Shown: positions 19,229 to 28,630, counted from the first letter of the stretch. The stretch is DNA of 32,000 nt from Synechococcus sp. A15-28 (GCF_014280175.1 NZ_CP047931.1:450001-482000); one strand, 5' to 3'. Program-made: numbers and translations. Notes: generated from the sequence alone by a model not told the origin.

Positions 19229-19459
19229 TTATCCCAGCCATCCAGCGCTCAAAATGACAGCCAAGCTCAGAAAGATGGCCAGGCAGGTCCAGGTGACGCG
19301 GTTCAGGGTGGCTTCGGCGCTGCTGGCGCTGCTGAACATCGAGCTGCCGCTGGCTGCCAGGCCGCCCATGCCGTCCCCTTTGGGGCTGTGGAGGAGCACA
19401 AGAACGATCAGCAGAAGACCGCTGCCGATCCAGGTCCAGGACAGGATGGACGTGAGCAT
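19229..19459 (-). CDS. secG: preprotein translocase subunit SecG
   Basis: The 76-aa product has two TM segments and the motif LLHSPKGDGMGG...SS. Its ATG overlaps the gpmI stop (TGATG at 19457-19461). Confidence 0.9.
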   Translation of the reverse strand: MLTSILSWTWIGSGLLLIVLVLLHSPKGDGMGGLAASGSSMFSSASSAEATLNRVTWTCLAIFLSLAVILSAGWLG

Positions 19460-21135
19460 CAGACGGGAAGAGGTAAACGGGCCGACAGTGGCGACGGGTC
19501 GACGTTGGTCACTGGTTCAATCAGGCTACGGCCTGTCATTGCTTCCGGTTGAGGCAGGTTGAGGATCTGCAGCAGGGTGGGAGCAATATCGGCGAGTCCG
19601 CCATCGCTGCGCAGTGTTATGGCGTTGCCGTAGCCGGGAAGCTTGCGCTGTTCACCCTCCACAAGAATGCAGGGAACCGGGTTGGTGGTGTGGGCCGTCC
19701 AGGCCTGACCGTCGGGACCTTGCATCAACTCGGCGTTGCCATGGTCCGCCGTGATCAACATCGTGCCGCCACGGCGGCCGACGGAATCCAGCAGGCGACC
19801 GACGCAGCGATCGACTGTGGCGATGGCCTCGGTGGCCGCATCCATCACCCCGGTGTGTCCCACCATGTCCGGGTTTGCGTAGTTAATCACGATCAGGCTG
19901 TAGGTGCCCTGGTTGATCGCGGCAATACAGCTGTCCGTGAGCTGGTCGGCAGACATGGCCGGTGAGAGGTCATAGGTGGCCACCCGCGGTGAGGGCACCA
20001 GATGCCGCTCTTCCCCCGGCAGCGGTTGCTCGATGCCACCGTTCATGAAGTAGGTGACGTGGGGATACTTTTCGGTTTCTGCCGTGCGGTACTGACGCAA
20101 CCCGGCACCGGCCACCACCTGACCCAGCAGATCGTCCAGGGGTTCAGGGGGGAAGGCCACGTCCACCGGTAAGTCCTGCTCCACCTGGGTGAAGGTGACC
20201 ACCTCCAGCTTTGGTGCATGCCGGCGCTCAAAGCCGTCGAAGTCCGGCAGGCAGAGCGTCTGGACAATCTGGCGCGCTCGGTCCGGGCGGAAGTTGAACA
20301 TCAGAACGCTGTCGCCGTCCTGCATCACGTCGCTGCTCAGGCGCACCGGCTCGAGGAACTCATCGGTGATGCCAGCGGCGTAGCTCTCGGCCAGCAGCTG
20401 CTGCGGGCTCAGGTCGCTGACAGGACGAGTGGGATCGGTATACAGGTCGTAGGCCTTCTCCGTGCGATCCCAGCGCTTGTCTCGATCCATGGCCCAGTAA
20501 CGGCCGCAGATGCTGGCCAGATGACCGACCCCAGCTTCCTCAATCGCCTTTTGCATCAGGGTGATTGAACCCATCGCGCTCTGGGTGGGCGTGTCGCGGC
20601 CATCGGTGATGGCATGGATGGCCACCTTCTGGATGCCGGCCGCAGCGGCCCAGTGGATCAGTCCGCAGAGATGGTTGACGTGGCTGTGAACGCCACCATC
20701 GGAGCAGAGCCCCAGCAGGTGAAGGGTTCCATGGCCGTTGCGCACGCGCTCCGCCAGCTTGGCCAGCGCGGGGGTGTCCTTCAACTGGTCGTCGCGCACG
20801 GTGTCGCTGATCCGCACCAGCTCCTGGCGGATGATCCGTCCCGCACCGATGGTGAGGTGCCCGACCTCGGAATTTCCCATCTGCTGATCCGGCAGTCCCA
20901 CATGGGATCCGCTGGCCTGGATCAGGGTGTGCGGATAGGCATGCCACAGCGCTTCCATCACCGGCGTGTCGCTCTGGCGAATGGCGTTGTGTTCGCTGTC
21001 GTTGCGGTGTCCCCAGCCATCCAAAATGGTGAGAACGACCGGGGCCACTCCCAAGTCGCGTCCTGAACCGTTGGAACTGCTCTGGTCCACGTACCCCCCG
21101 CTCTCGTCGGTTCTTAAGGACTTTTGCAGATTCAA
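19459..21135 (-). CDS. gpmI: 2,3-bisphosphoglycerate-independent phosphoglycerate mutase
   Basis: [26 protein letters not shown] and the C-terminal ITADHGNAE are seen. The start is ambiguous: the leader has no in-frame ATG, and candidates are TTG 21135, GTG 21090, TTG 21054 and GTG 21048. Confidence 0.92.
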   Translation of the reverse strand: MNLQKSLRTDESGGYVDQSSSNGSGRDLGVAPVVLTILDGWGHRNDSEHNAIRQSDTPVMEALWHAYPHTLIQASGSHVGLPDQQMGNSEVGHLTIGAGRIIRQELVRISDTVRDDQLKDTPALAKLAERVRNGHGTLHLLGLCSDGGVHSHVNHLCGLIHWAAAAGIQKVAIHAITDGRDTPTQSAMGSITLMQKAIEEAGVGHLASICGRYWAMDRDKRWDRTEKAYDLYTDPTRPVSDLSPQQLLAESYAAGITDEFLEPVRLSSDVMQDGDSVLMFNFRPDRARQIVQTLCLPDFDGFERRHAPKLEVVTFTQVEQDLPVDVAFPPEPLDDLLGQVVAGAGLRQYRTAETEKYPHVTYFMNGGIEQPLPGEERHLVPSPRVATYDLSPAMSADQLTDSCIAAINQGTYSLIVINYANPDMVGHTGVMDAATEAIATVDRCVGRLLDSVGRRGGTMLITADHGNAELMQGPDGQAWTAHTTNPVPCILVEGEQRKLPGYGNAITLRSDGGLADIAPTLLQILNLPQPEAMTGRSLIEPVTNVDPSPLSARLPLPV

Positions 21136-21196
21136 CTTAACGCTCCATGGGCCGCCAGGCTCGTCTTTCCAGAGATCACCACACCGTCACCGCTCC

Positions 21197-21757
21197 ATGA
21201 CAGAACCGCTGGACACCGATCGGGTCGAAATTCTCTCGGATCGGGAGCTCGGCAGGACCCTGGCCCGCCTGGCCACTCAGGTGCTGGAGAGCGTGGACGA
21301 CAGCCGCACGCTCATGCTTCTGGGCATCCCCACCCGGGGGGTTCAGCTGTCCAAGGTGCTGGCACGGGAGCTGGAGCGGCTCAGCGGCCACGCCATTGCC
21401 CAAGGATCGATCGATCCCACCTTTCACCGGGATGATCTGGAACGGATCGGCACCCGTCTCCCCCAACTCACCACCCTGCCCAACAGCGTCGAAGGCCGGC
21501 AGGTGGTGTTGGTGGATGACGTGATCTTCACCGGGCGGACGGTGCGGGCCGCCCTGGAAGCGCTGCAGAGCTGGGGGCGTGCCCAGCGGGTGATGCTTCT
21601 GGCCATGGTGGATCGCGGCCACCGGGAACTGCCGATCCAGCCTGATTTCTGTGGCCGTGTGGTGCCAACCCGTCGCAGCGAAACCATCGAGCTGCGGTTG
21701 CGGGATGTGGACGGGGAGGAAGGGGTGTTCCTGCGGCGAATCAGCCGGCCGGCGTGA
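21197..21757 (+). CDS. pyrR: PyrR (bifunctional pyr regulator / uracil phosphoribosyltransferase)
   Basis: ATG at 21197. PRPP-binding motif VVLVDDVIFTGRTVRAA. The track ORF's 77 upstream codons are antisense to gpmI. Confidence 0.9.
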   Translation: MTEPLDTDRVEILSDRELGRTLARLATQVLESVDDSRTLMLLGIPTRGVQLSKVLARELERLSGHAIAQGSIDPTFHRDDLERIGTRLPQLTTLPNSVEGRQVVLVDDVIFTGRTVRAALEALQSWGRAQRVMLLAMVDRGHRELPIQPDFCGRVVPTRRSETIELRLRDVDGEEGVFLRRISRPA

Positions 21758-21962
21758 GTTCGTCGGCGCGGAAGTGGGCCTTGTAGCGACCGAAGGCCAC
21801 GATCACCGGCAGGGTGGGGCTGATCACGCGACCCTTCCAATCGTTCAAAACGGACACCACTTCACCGCTCTGACCCTTCATGTCGAAGGCTTCTCCACGG
21901 TGTTGGGGATGGTTGAAGACCACAACGGAGGCCTCGACCGTCACCTTGTCTCCCGCCTGCAT
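21741..21962 (-). CDS. ftrV: ferredoxin-thioredoxin reductase variable chain
   Basis: The 73-aa product is MQAGDKVTVEASVVVFNHPQHRGEAFDMKGQSGEVVSVLNDWKGRVISPTLPVIVAF...KAHFRADEL. It resembles the FtrV sequences I recall from other cyanobacteria. Confidence 0.8.
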   Translation of the reverse strand: MQAGDKVTVEASVVVFNHPQHRGEAFDMKGQSGEVVSVLNDWKGRVISPTLPVIVAFGRYKAHFRADELTPAG

Positions 21963-21992
21963 GGTCTATGACTCCATCGTGGGGGCATTTTG

Positions 21993-22838
21993 TCACGCTC
22001 CTGTCGGCCCCCGTCGTCGGCAGAAACTCTCCGGACCGTCCTCCTCCACCTGGCCACCCAAGGCACGGCAGCCGGCTTCGAATGCCTGCCATGGCTCCAA
22101 TCCCCGATCGAGCTGCTGTTGAACGGCCCGATCCAGTTTCGTTCCGCTGATCACATCCGAGCGGCCGTCGCTGTGCTGCTGATGCTCCTGGCTGTCTCCG
22201 ATCCGGGCAATGGCCACGTCAACTTTCTGGCGCTGGGGCTGGGTCTGGGCTCGCCACCAGGGGTGGTCGAGGCGGTTGTGGCTGTCGAGCGCTTCCCACC
22301 AGCGTTGCTGGTCCACCAGTTGAGTCAGCCGTTCAGCCTCCAGGCGATTGCGGTTCCAGGTCTCCCGCAGGCTGTCGCTGGAGGGGTTACCACCATTGGT
22401 GGCGGCGCGATCCAGCGGCTCCAGCATTGCGATCGATCCCTCCAGATCACCGGCCCGAAAGCGCTGCATGGCCCCTTCCCTCAGGTCCCGCCGCCAAACC
22501 TGGATCTGCTCCACATCCGTGGCGCTGGCCTGGTCGGATTGCACCAGCTGACGCTGCACCTGCAGGGCAGCAGCCTGATCGCCGCTGTTCCAGAGCTGGG
22601 CCGCCCGTTGGCGGCGGCAACGGGCCTGCTGTTGTGGTGCCCCCTCCCCCAGCCAGCGCAGGGCGGCCAGCTGTTCGGTGAGCTCAAGGCAGCGGCTCCA
22701 GTCCCCGCTGTCGAGCGCTTGCCGTAATCGCCCTGGAAGCTGCCGTTCCCACCAGAGGGCACCGCTCGCGAGGCTCAGCACCAGCGCGAGCGTCCCCACG
22801 ACCCAGAGCTGAAGCGGCAGCGGGCGACGTGGCGCCAC
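21993..22838 (-). CDS. hypothetical membrane-anchored protein (one N-terminal TM, then a Q/W/R-rich soluble region)
   Basis: GTG start at 22836-22838. The N-terminal segment LWVVGTLALVLSLASGALWW is hydrophobic. Coding-like composition continues for 281 codons. I did not recognise a family. Confidence 0.6.
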   Translation of the reverse strand: MAPRRPLPLQLWVVGTLALVLSLASGALWWERQLPGRLRQALDSGDWSRCLELTEQLAALRWLGEGAPQQQARCRRQRAAQLWNSGDQAAALQVQRQLVQSDQASATDVEQIQVWRRDLREGAMQRFRAGDLEGSIAMLEPLDRAATNGGNPSSDSLRETWNRNRLEAERLTQLVDQQRWWEALDSHNRLDHPWWRAQTQPQRQKVDVAIARIGDSQEHQQHSDGRSDVISGTKLDRAVQQQLDRGLEPWQAFEAGCRALGGQVEEDGPESFCRRRGPTGA

Positions 22839-22909
22839 GGTCAGGAGTTGTCACTTTTTGAGTTGTATGGAGTTCGCCCCCGGGGGGAAGCCTGGTGTGG
22901 ACGGCCTGG

Positions 22910-24490
22910 TCAGCGGACGTGGCCGAGATGCAGATCCGGCAGGCGGCGACCGCTGCGCAGATCGGTGACCTCGGCCTGCAGCCGGGCCTCCGCGTCCAGC
23001 TGCAGGCGTAGTCGCAGGCAGTCCTCGCCAGCCCGACCTGGAGGATCCAGGGGCAAGGGCGCGCTGGCCTCAGGCCAGGGCTGATGGCGGAGGTCGTCCT
23101 CCTCTTCCCGTTGAATGATTGGCAGGCCATTCACCTCAATCACGCGGAAGCGACGCTCGGATGAGGGTTCCCCGAACACCAGTTCCAGCTCAGTCTGTCC
23201 ATTCCGACTGGCGGCCAGCACCAGTTCGAACGGCTGCGGACTGGGCCAGGGCTGTCCAGCCACGAACAGGGGATGCCAGCGATGCTGCTGACTGCGTTGG
23301 TCCCAGATGCGCAGGGACACACCGTGTTGCAGCACATCCCGGATCGACACCCCAGGGGTGAGGCTCAGGGCTCCCAGGGCGACCGCTTCGACAGGGGGTG
23401 GGGTCAGCAGTGGTGCCGGTGCCGTGTTCTTCTCCAGCCAGCGTCGCAACCAGGGCAGTTGGGCGCCGCCGCCCACCGCCACCACGGCGTCGAGTTCGGT
23501 CAGATCGCAGCCGTGCCGTCGTCCCCCGGTGAGGGTGGCCTCCAGCAGCTGCCGCAGGGCTTCCGCCAGCCCGCGTTCCTCCAGCAGAGCCTCCAGCTGG
23601 CGGCGCGACATCCGCAAGGGTTGGTCCGCTGCGCCGTTCCAGGTTTCTTCGAGGACGGTCTGCTCCGCCAGCTCCGGATCGCTGAGTCGACGTTTGAGTC
23701 GTTCCGCCGCGTTCAGCAAAGCGGGCTGCAGTGGCGCCTCCGGGCAGCAGGCATTGGCGATCCAGCGATCGATATCACGTCCCCCCAGCCGTAATCCCGC
23801 CTTGCCCAGCACCTCGGCATTGCGCAACCGCTGGCGGCTGCTCTCCCCCAGCTGACGTCCACCCAGTCGCAGCAACTGGGCGATCGGCGCCGCCTTGCCT
23901 TCTCCCCCCTGCAAGGCCACCAGCGCCAGGTCGAGGGTGCTGCCGCCGAGATCGACCACGAGCAGTCGCGCCCCTGGGGGAAGGCTGGCCCCCAGGGCTG
24001 CCGCGGTGGGCTCATCCACCAGGGCGATCTCCTCCACCGGCAGCGCACTGCAGGCCTCCAACAGCCAGCTGCGGTAGTCGCGATAGGTCTCAACTGGCGC
24101 TGTCAGCACCAGGCGTTCCACCCGCAGCGTCTGGGGTAGGTGCCTCCAGATTGCTTCGAGCAGCAGGGCTCCGGCCTTGGCCGCCCGATCGCTCAGGTCC
24201 CGGCTGCCGGCCTCGGCGCTGCCGATGTGGCGCTTGAAATCCCTGGCCAGGTGGGGATCGTCCAGGTCGGCACGTCCCGCCTCAATCACCTGTTGCCCGA
24301 TCAGAGGGGATTCGTCGCCCAGCCACAGCAGGCTGGGGACTTCACCCCTCAGTTGGCTGATGGGGGGCAGGTCCAGCAGGCGTGGGCTGCTTCCGTCAGT
24401 TGCAGCGAAGGCCACCACCGATGTGGTGCTGCCCAGGTCGATGGCCAGCGTGCCTGGTTGAGATGAATTCTGAAGCTTTTCTTCTCCCAC
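22910..24490 (-). CDS. Hsp70-family ATPase (DnaK-like, non-canonical C-terminal domain)
   Basis: Actin-fold/Hsp70 motifs are present: AIDLGSTTSVVA, LVVDLGGSTLDLALV and VVAVGGGAQLPWL. The C-terminal ~150 aa do not resemble the DnaK substrate-binding or lid sequence. GTG start at 24488-24490. Confidence 0.8.
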   Translation of the reverse strand: MGEEKLQNSSQPGTLAIDLGSTTSVVAFAATDGSSPRLLDLPPISQLRGEVPSLLWLGDESPLIGQQVIEAGRADLDDPHLARDFKRHIGSAEAGSRDLSDRAAKAGALLLEAIWRHLPQTLRVERLVLTAPVETYRDYRSWLLEACSALPVEEIALVDEPTAAALGASLPPGARLLVVDLGGSTLDLALVALQGGEGKAAPIAQLLRLGGRQLGESSRQRLRNAEVLGKAGLRLGGRDIDRWIANACCPEAPLQPALLNAAERLKRRLSDPELAEQTVLEETWNGAADQPLRMSRRQLEALLEERGLAEALRQLLEATLTGGRRHGCDLTELDAVVAVGGGAQLPWLRRWLEKNTAPAPLLTPPPVEAVALGALSLTPGVSIRDVLQHGVSLRIWDQRSQQHRWHPLFVAGQPWPSPQPFELVLAASRNGQTELELVFGEPSSERRFRVIEVNGLPIIQREEEDDLRHQPWPEASAPLPLDPPGRAGEDCLRLRLQLDAEARLQAEVTDLRSGRRLPDLHLGHVR

Positions 24491-24552
24491 GCCGGTCCAG
24501 ACCGTGATGAGGGCACGGTGAATGAAGATTGAGATTAGTGGGACCCGCCTGG

Positions 24553-24837
24553 ATGGATCGCCTGCAGCAGCTGATTTTTTCCTTCTATCGGGAAGATCCC
24601 CTGATGGAAGAGCTGCTGGAACCCTTGCGGGATTGCCGTATGCGTCGCAGTTGGGGCAGCATCCGGATCGAGTGCCTCGATGCCGCCCATCTCGAGCAGA
24701 TCAGTGGGTTGCTGGTCCACCTGAGGCTTCCACTGGCAGCCCTGGGGCTCGGACGTCAGATCGTGCTGCGGGTGCCCGGCTCCCTGCAGCGCAGCTATCC
24801 GATGCATGTGCCGTTCCACAGCGACCAGCTGGCTTGA
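24553..24837 (+). CDS. conserved hypothetical protein (94 aa)
   Basis: The ATG at 24553 gives MDRLQQLIFSFYREDPLMEELLEP... The track ORF begins at TTG 24529. The gene lies divergent from the Hsp70-like gene and just upstream of rpoZ. Confidence 0.55.
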   Translation: MDRLQQLIFSFYREDPLMEELLEPLRDCRMRRSWGSIRIECLDAAHLEQISGLLVHLRLPLAALGLGRQIVLRVPGSLQRSYPMHVPFHSDQLA

Positions 24838-24876
24838 GGTGGCCCATTAAGGTGAAGTCTTGTGTGGGACCTGCAC

Positions 24877-25104
24877 GTGATTTCTGCCGGGGTGGATTCC
24901 AGTGACCTCGCCAAACGCGGCGAAAGCCTGATTCGGCAATCCAGCAACCGTTACCTCACCACGGTGCGCATTGCCTTCCGGGCCAAGCAACGCCGCTTTG
25001 ATGACTTCGACGGACTGTTGGAGGAATCCAGCGTGAAGCCCGTGCAGCGGGCCATCGTGGAACTGAGCGACGAGCAGGATCAGCCTGATCTGCTGCCCGG
25101 CTGA
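24877..25104 (+). CDS. rpoZ: DNA-directed RNA polymerase subunit omega
   Basis: [22 protein letters not shown]...[23 protein letters not shown] matches the cyanobacterial omega pattern. GTG at 24877 is the preferred start; the alternative is GTG at 24862. Confidence 0.85.
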   Translation: MISAGVDSSDLAKRGESLIRQSSNRYLTTVRIAFRAKQRRFDDFDGLLEESSVKPVQRAIVELSDEQDQPDLLPG

Positions 25105-25117
25105 TGGCGGCAGGGTC

Positions 25118-25501
25118 GTGATTCAGCAGGAGGGTCCCGGTTGGCGATTGGCCCGGGATCCCATGCGTGGCCAACACCCCGTCCTGATCGGAGGCGAGGG
25201 ATGGGCTTTTGAACTCACCGAGGACGAGTGGGCAGCCCTGGCAGACCTGGTGCTGACCCTTGAACGCCAGCATCGAGCGCTGGTGGATCAGCTGATGGCT
25301 GAGGAAGCGATTGAGTTGGAGCTGGATCGCGGGCTCTGGTGGGGATGTCTGCAGGGGGATCGGGCCAGCTGGAGTGTGTCGGTGGTGCTCACTCCGGCGG
25401 CGGGCCGAGGGGTGGAGGGCCACTGGCCCTCCACGGCGAGTGCGGCGATGGTCGCGGCGATGAGAACGCTGTGGGACAACCGCAATGATCAGTGCAACTG
25501 A
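25118..25501 (+). CDS. conserved cyanobacterial hypothetical protein (DUF1818-like; name from memory)
   Basis: GTG start at 25118, 13 nt after the rpoZ stop. The 127-aa ORF has coding-like composition and the sequence GPGWRLARDP...LIGGEGWAFELTEDEW. Confidence 0.65.
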   Translation: MIQQEGPGWRLARDPMRGQHPVLIGGEGWAFELTEDEWAALADLVLTLERQHRALVDQLMAEEAIELELDRGLWWGCLQGDRASWSVSVVLTPAAGRGVEGHWPSTASAAMVAAMRTLWDNRNDQCN

Positions 25502-25801
25502 TCGTTTGGCACTGACTGATTTCTTCCACGGGGCGCCGCTAGCTTGTGCACAGCTTTTCCACAGGGGTTTGCCGTTGATGCGCTAGGGCGCTTGCCGCTG
25601 TGGAAAAGGCGGTTGGCGGCGTCGGCTTGGTTGACGAGAAGTGGCCTCGGCCCGGTTGGCGATCGACTGGGGCGATCCGTGGCCAGGACTGCAGTCATGG
25701 CTTTGATCTCAGGCGGAGACCGATGCGAACGGCGGGATTGGCGTCGCCCTTGACGCGGTCATGCCCGTGTGGAGAAGTGGTGAGCAATCGGGAGCGACGA
25801 G

Positions 25802-26050
25802 ATGCCTCAGCAGCAGGAGTCCATGGCCATCGATGACGACAGCGTCGTCAGTTTTCAGACCGAGATGCCGTTGCCGCTGCAGCAGGCCATGACCCGTTTC
25901 ATCGAGGGGCATCCCAACTGGGATCAGTACCGCCTTGTCCAGGCGGCCCTGGCGGGGTTCCTGGTGCAGAACGGGATTGAGTCCCGGGAGATCACCCGGG
26001 TTTATGTGGGCAATATGTTTCGCCGGGAAACGCTGCTGCACGGCGTCTGA
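25802..26050 (+). CDS. small conserved cyanobacterial protein (DUF2811-like; name from memory)
   Basis: ATG at 25802 (alternative at 25823). It contains ...LPLQQAMTRFIEGHPNWDQYRLVQAALAGFLVQNG... Confidence 0.6.
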   Translation: MPQQQESMAIDDDSVVSFQTEMPLPLQQAMTRFIEGHPNWDQYRLVQAALAGFLVQNGIESREITRVYVGNMFRRETLLHGV

Positions 26051-26721
26051 GTTCGGCAGCAGGCCATCAGGACCAGTGCGCTGAAGGGCAGGCTCAGCAG
26101 CAGACCCAGGGAGGCGCCGATCAGTCCGAGCAGATTGATCCCACTGAGCAATCCCAGCAACGCCAGCATCTTGAGGCCGTTGTGGCGCACCAGCTGTCGG
26201 CTGTGGTCCATTGCCTGAAGGGCGCGGAGGCGATGGTGCACCAGCAGCGGCAGTGCCAGCACCTGGCTGAACATCCAGCACAGCATCAGCAGTCCTCCAC
26301 TCACCACCACAACTCCGGCCAGGGTGGTGCTCAGCCGGCCAGCGGCCCAGCTCAGGGTCTGGATCAGGGCCAGGCCCCCCAGCACGAGCAGCAGCTCGAA
26401 CAGCACCAGTCCTGTGGCCTGTCGCAGCAGCCAGCTCCAGCGGATCGGTGGCTCAGGTCTCGACTCCGGTGGCAGCAGCTGGTCCGCCAGCTTCAACAGT
26501 GCCAGGAGTGGCAGCAGGGGGAGCACCAGGCTGGCAACCACCGCAAGATCCCCTAACCAGGTCAAGCCGAGCCGGCGCAGATCCTCGCCAAGGAGGGCCG
26601 GACCGATGGCGCTGAGCAGCAGGACGTTCGCCAGCCCCACGCAGCGCCAGGGTGCCTTCCCGAAGCCGATCCAGGCCCGCGGGAGCAGCGTGACCAGAGG
26701 CAGCTCAGTGGAGGGGGCCAA
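26002..26721 (-). CDS. integral membrane protein, family not recognised
   Basis: The 239-aa product has several long hydrophobic segments. The TTG start at 26719-26721 overlaps the end of the upstream EVE gene, so the start is uncertain. Confidence 0.6.
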   Translation of the reverse strand: MAPSTELPLVTLLPRAWIGFGKAPWRCVGLANVLLLSAIGPALLGEDLRRLGLTWLGDLAVVASLVLPLLPLLALLKLADQLLPPESRPEPPIRWSWLLRQATGLVLFELLLVLGGLALIQTLSWAAGRLSTTLAGVVVVSGGLLMLCWMFSQVLALPLLVHHRLRALQAMDHSRQLVRHNGLKMLALLGLLSGINLLGLIGASLGLLLSLPFSALVLMACCRTQTPCSSVSRRNILPT

Positions 26722-27166
26722 GGCGTTCCAGCAGGTCGGCGGCTGTGGCAGCCGGTACCGGCAGGATCGAGAGGCGGTTGCCGCGTTTGATCACGGGCAG
26801 TTGCTTCTCGCTGTAAAGCTCCCGCAGTTGATTGAGGCTCAACAACTCTCGGAACTCCCCCATAAAGCGCAGCCTGGCGCAGTCCCAGCGCGGTTGTTCG
26901 CGCTTGGATTTCGGGTCGAAATACTTGGCGTCCGGATCGAATTGGGTGGGATCCACCAGGCCGATCTCCTCCACCTCCATCAGACCGATGATTCCGGGAG
27001 GCTTGCAATTCGAGTGGTAGAAAAAGGCCTGGTCGCCGATGGCCATGGAACGCATGAAGTTGCGGGCCTGGTAATTGCGGATGCCATCCCAGAGCGTGCT
27101 GCCTTCACGACGAAGATCGTCGATCCCATAGGCCTCGGGCTCGCTTTTCATCAGCCAGAAGGCCAC
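26705..27166 (-). CDS. EVE (PUA-like) domain protein
   Basis: AFWLMKSEPEAYGIDDL...WDGIRNYQARNFMR...GDQAFFYHSN is the classic EVE/DUF55 N-terminus. GTG at 27164-27166 is preferred; the track ORF starts at TTG 27184. Confidence 0.8.
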   Translation of the reverse strand: MAFWLMKSEPEAYGIDDLRREGSTLWDGIRNYQARNFMRSMAIGDQAFFYHSNCKPPGIIGLMEVEEIGLVDPTQFDPDAKYFDPKSKREQPRWDCARLRFMGEFRELLSLNQLRELYSEKQLPVIKRGNRLSILPVPAATAADLLERLGPLH

Positions 27167-27241
27167 GTGCAGATTTCCTCGCAAGTGTTTTCATCATCCG
27201 CTCTTCTGCTGGGAGCAGTGGATTAATCGATTCGATTTGTC

Positions 27242-28630
27242 TCAGTTGCTTCCGCTTTGCACCTGGTGAATCAGCTGTTTGAAGTGATCGCCCCGCGCTT
27301 CGAAATCGCGGTACTGATCAAAGCTGGCGCAGGCCGGTGAGAGCAGCAGGTTGGAGGCTCCCAGCGCCTCTGCACGCTGAACGGCCTGGTCCACAGCAGC
27401 GGACAGGTCGTTGCAGAGGCTCAGCGGACCAGGGAAGCCTGACGTGGTGATTAGCCCCTGCAGTTCCTCGGCGCCAGCCCCGAAAAGCACCACGGCACAG
27501 GCCCTGCGGTTCAGTTCCGCAAGCCAGTCGCTGGCATCCCCCTGCTTGGTGGTTCCCCCCGCCAGGACCACCACCGGACCCCGCATGGCCCGCAGCCCCA
27601 CTGCAGCAGCGTCGTAATTGGTGGCTTTGCTGTCGTTGAAGACCTGCGCGTTTCTGATGCGCCCGAGCGGTTCGAGGCGATGAGGGACTCCCGGGAAGGA
27701 ACGCAGCCCCGCTTCGATTGATGCAGGGCTGAGGCCGATCTGCAGCGCCGCGGCGGTTACCAGCAGTAGGTTCTGGTGGTTGTGGGACCCCGGCATGGCC
27801 AGTGCTTCAGCGGGGAACAACCGCTGGGTTGGCTCGTGGACCCAGCCTTCGTCGTCGATCCAGAGGTCGGCGGGGAGACCATCGGGTTGGGCCGACTCCG
27901 CACTGACCCAGATGCCGCCGTTCCAGCTCCGGCGCTGCTGGCGCAGGTCGGGATCATCGGCGTTGAAGATGGCCTGGTCGGAGCGTTCGAGCAGGCCGCG
28001 CTTGATCGCCCGATAGGCCTCGACGGTGCCGTGGCGTTCCAGATGATCCGGGGTGAGCGTGGTCCAGATGCCGATTCGGGGGCGGATGCGGTCGGCGGCT
28101 TCGATCTGGTAGCTGCTCAGTTCCATCACCAGCCAGTCGGGTGGTGCGGCTGACTGTTGCTGCAGGCTCAGGGCCATGTCGGCGGCGGACACGCCCATGT
28201 TTCCGCCCATGGGAGCGGCCAGGCCGGCTTTGCCCAGCACATGGCTGAGTAGATGGGTGACGGTGGTCTTTCCGTTGGTGCCGGTGATGCCCACCCAGGG
28301 GATGTGCTGCAGCGCGTCCCAGGCCACAGCCATCTCTCCATCCACGGCGATGCCGTGCTGGCGCAATTGCTCGATCGTTGGGTGGTCCCAGGGGATCCCT
28401 GGGCTGATCACCACCCGTTGCACGTCATCCAGCCAGGGGCGAAAGCTGTCGATGGCGAAAGGGGACTGCAGTCGCACCTCAATCCCCTGTTCTCGCAGTG
28501 ATTCAGCTTTGGCCTCCAGCAGTTCACCCTGGCCGGAGTCGATCACGGAGACGGAGTGACCGGAGGCCTGCAGCAGGCGCGCAGCTCCCAGGCCCGAGCG
28601 CCCAAGTCCGATGACGACGGTTTGAGCCAT
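27242..28630 (-). CDS. murD: UDP-N-acetylmuramoylalanine--D-glutamate ligase
   Basis: VVIGLGRSGLGAARLL and the Mur ligase P-loop GITGTNGKTTV are present. ATG at 28628-28630; the track ORF starts at TTG 28648. Confidence 0.92.
   Translation of the reverse strand: MAQTVVIGLGRSGLGAARLLQASGHSVSVIDSGQGELLEAKAESLREQGIEVRLQSPFAIDSFRPWLDDVQRVVISPGIPWDHPTIEQLRQHGIAVDGEMAVAWDALQHIPWVGITGTNGKTTVTHLLSHVLGKAGLAAPMGGNMGVSAADMALSLQQQSAAPPDWLVMELSSYQIEAADRIRPRIGIWTTLTPDHLERHGTVEAYRAIKRGLLERSDQAIFNADDPDLRQQRRSWNGGIWVSAESAQPDGLPADLWIDDEGWVHEPTQRLFPAEALAMPGSHNHQNLLLVTAAALQIGLSPASIEAGLRSFPGVPHRLEPLGRIRNAQVFNDSKATNYDAAAVGLRAMRGPVVVLAGGTTKQGDASDWLAELNRRACAVVLFGAGAEELQGLITTSGFPGPLSLCNDLSAAVDQAVQRAEALGASNLLLSPACASFDQYRDFEARGDHFKQLIHQVQSGSN

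Noticed and set aside
20966-21196. 77-codon upstream extension of the pyrR ORF
   Set aside because: It runs antisense through the 5' end of gpmI. The conserved PyrR sequence begins at the ATG at 21197.
22877-22887. CCCCCGGGGGG palindrome just downstream of the Hsp70-like gene stop
   Set aside because: It is a loop-less GC palindrome with no U-tract. It is too short and simple to call a terminator or binding site.
25502-25801. Known cyanobacterial RNA families in the 300-nt gap: glutamine riboswitch, Yfr1/Yfr2-type motifs, 6S, RNase P, tmRNA, SRP RNA
   Set aside because: None of the signature strings I remember for these families is present. Examples are the CGGAAGUAGG-type core of the glutamine riboswitch and the ACUCCUCACAC of Yfr1. 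The region is reported only as an unclassified structured candidate.
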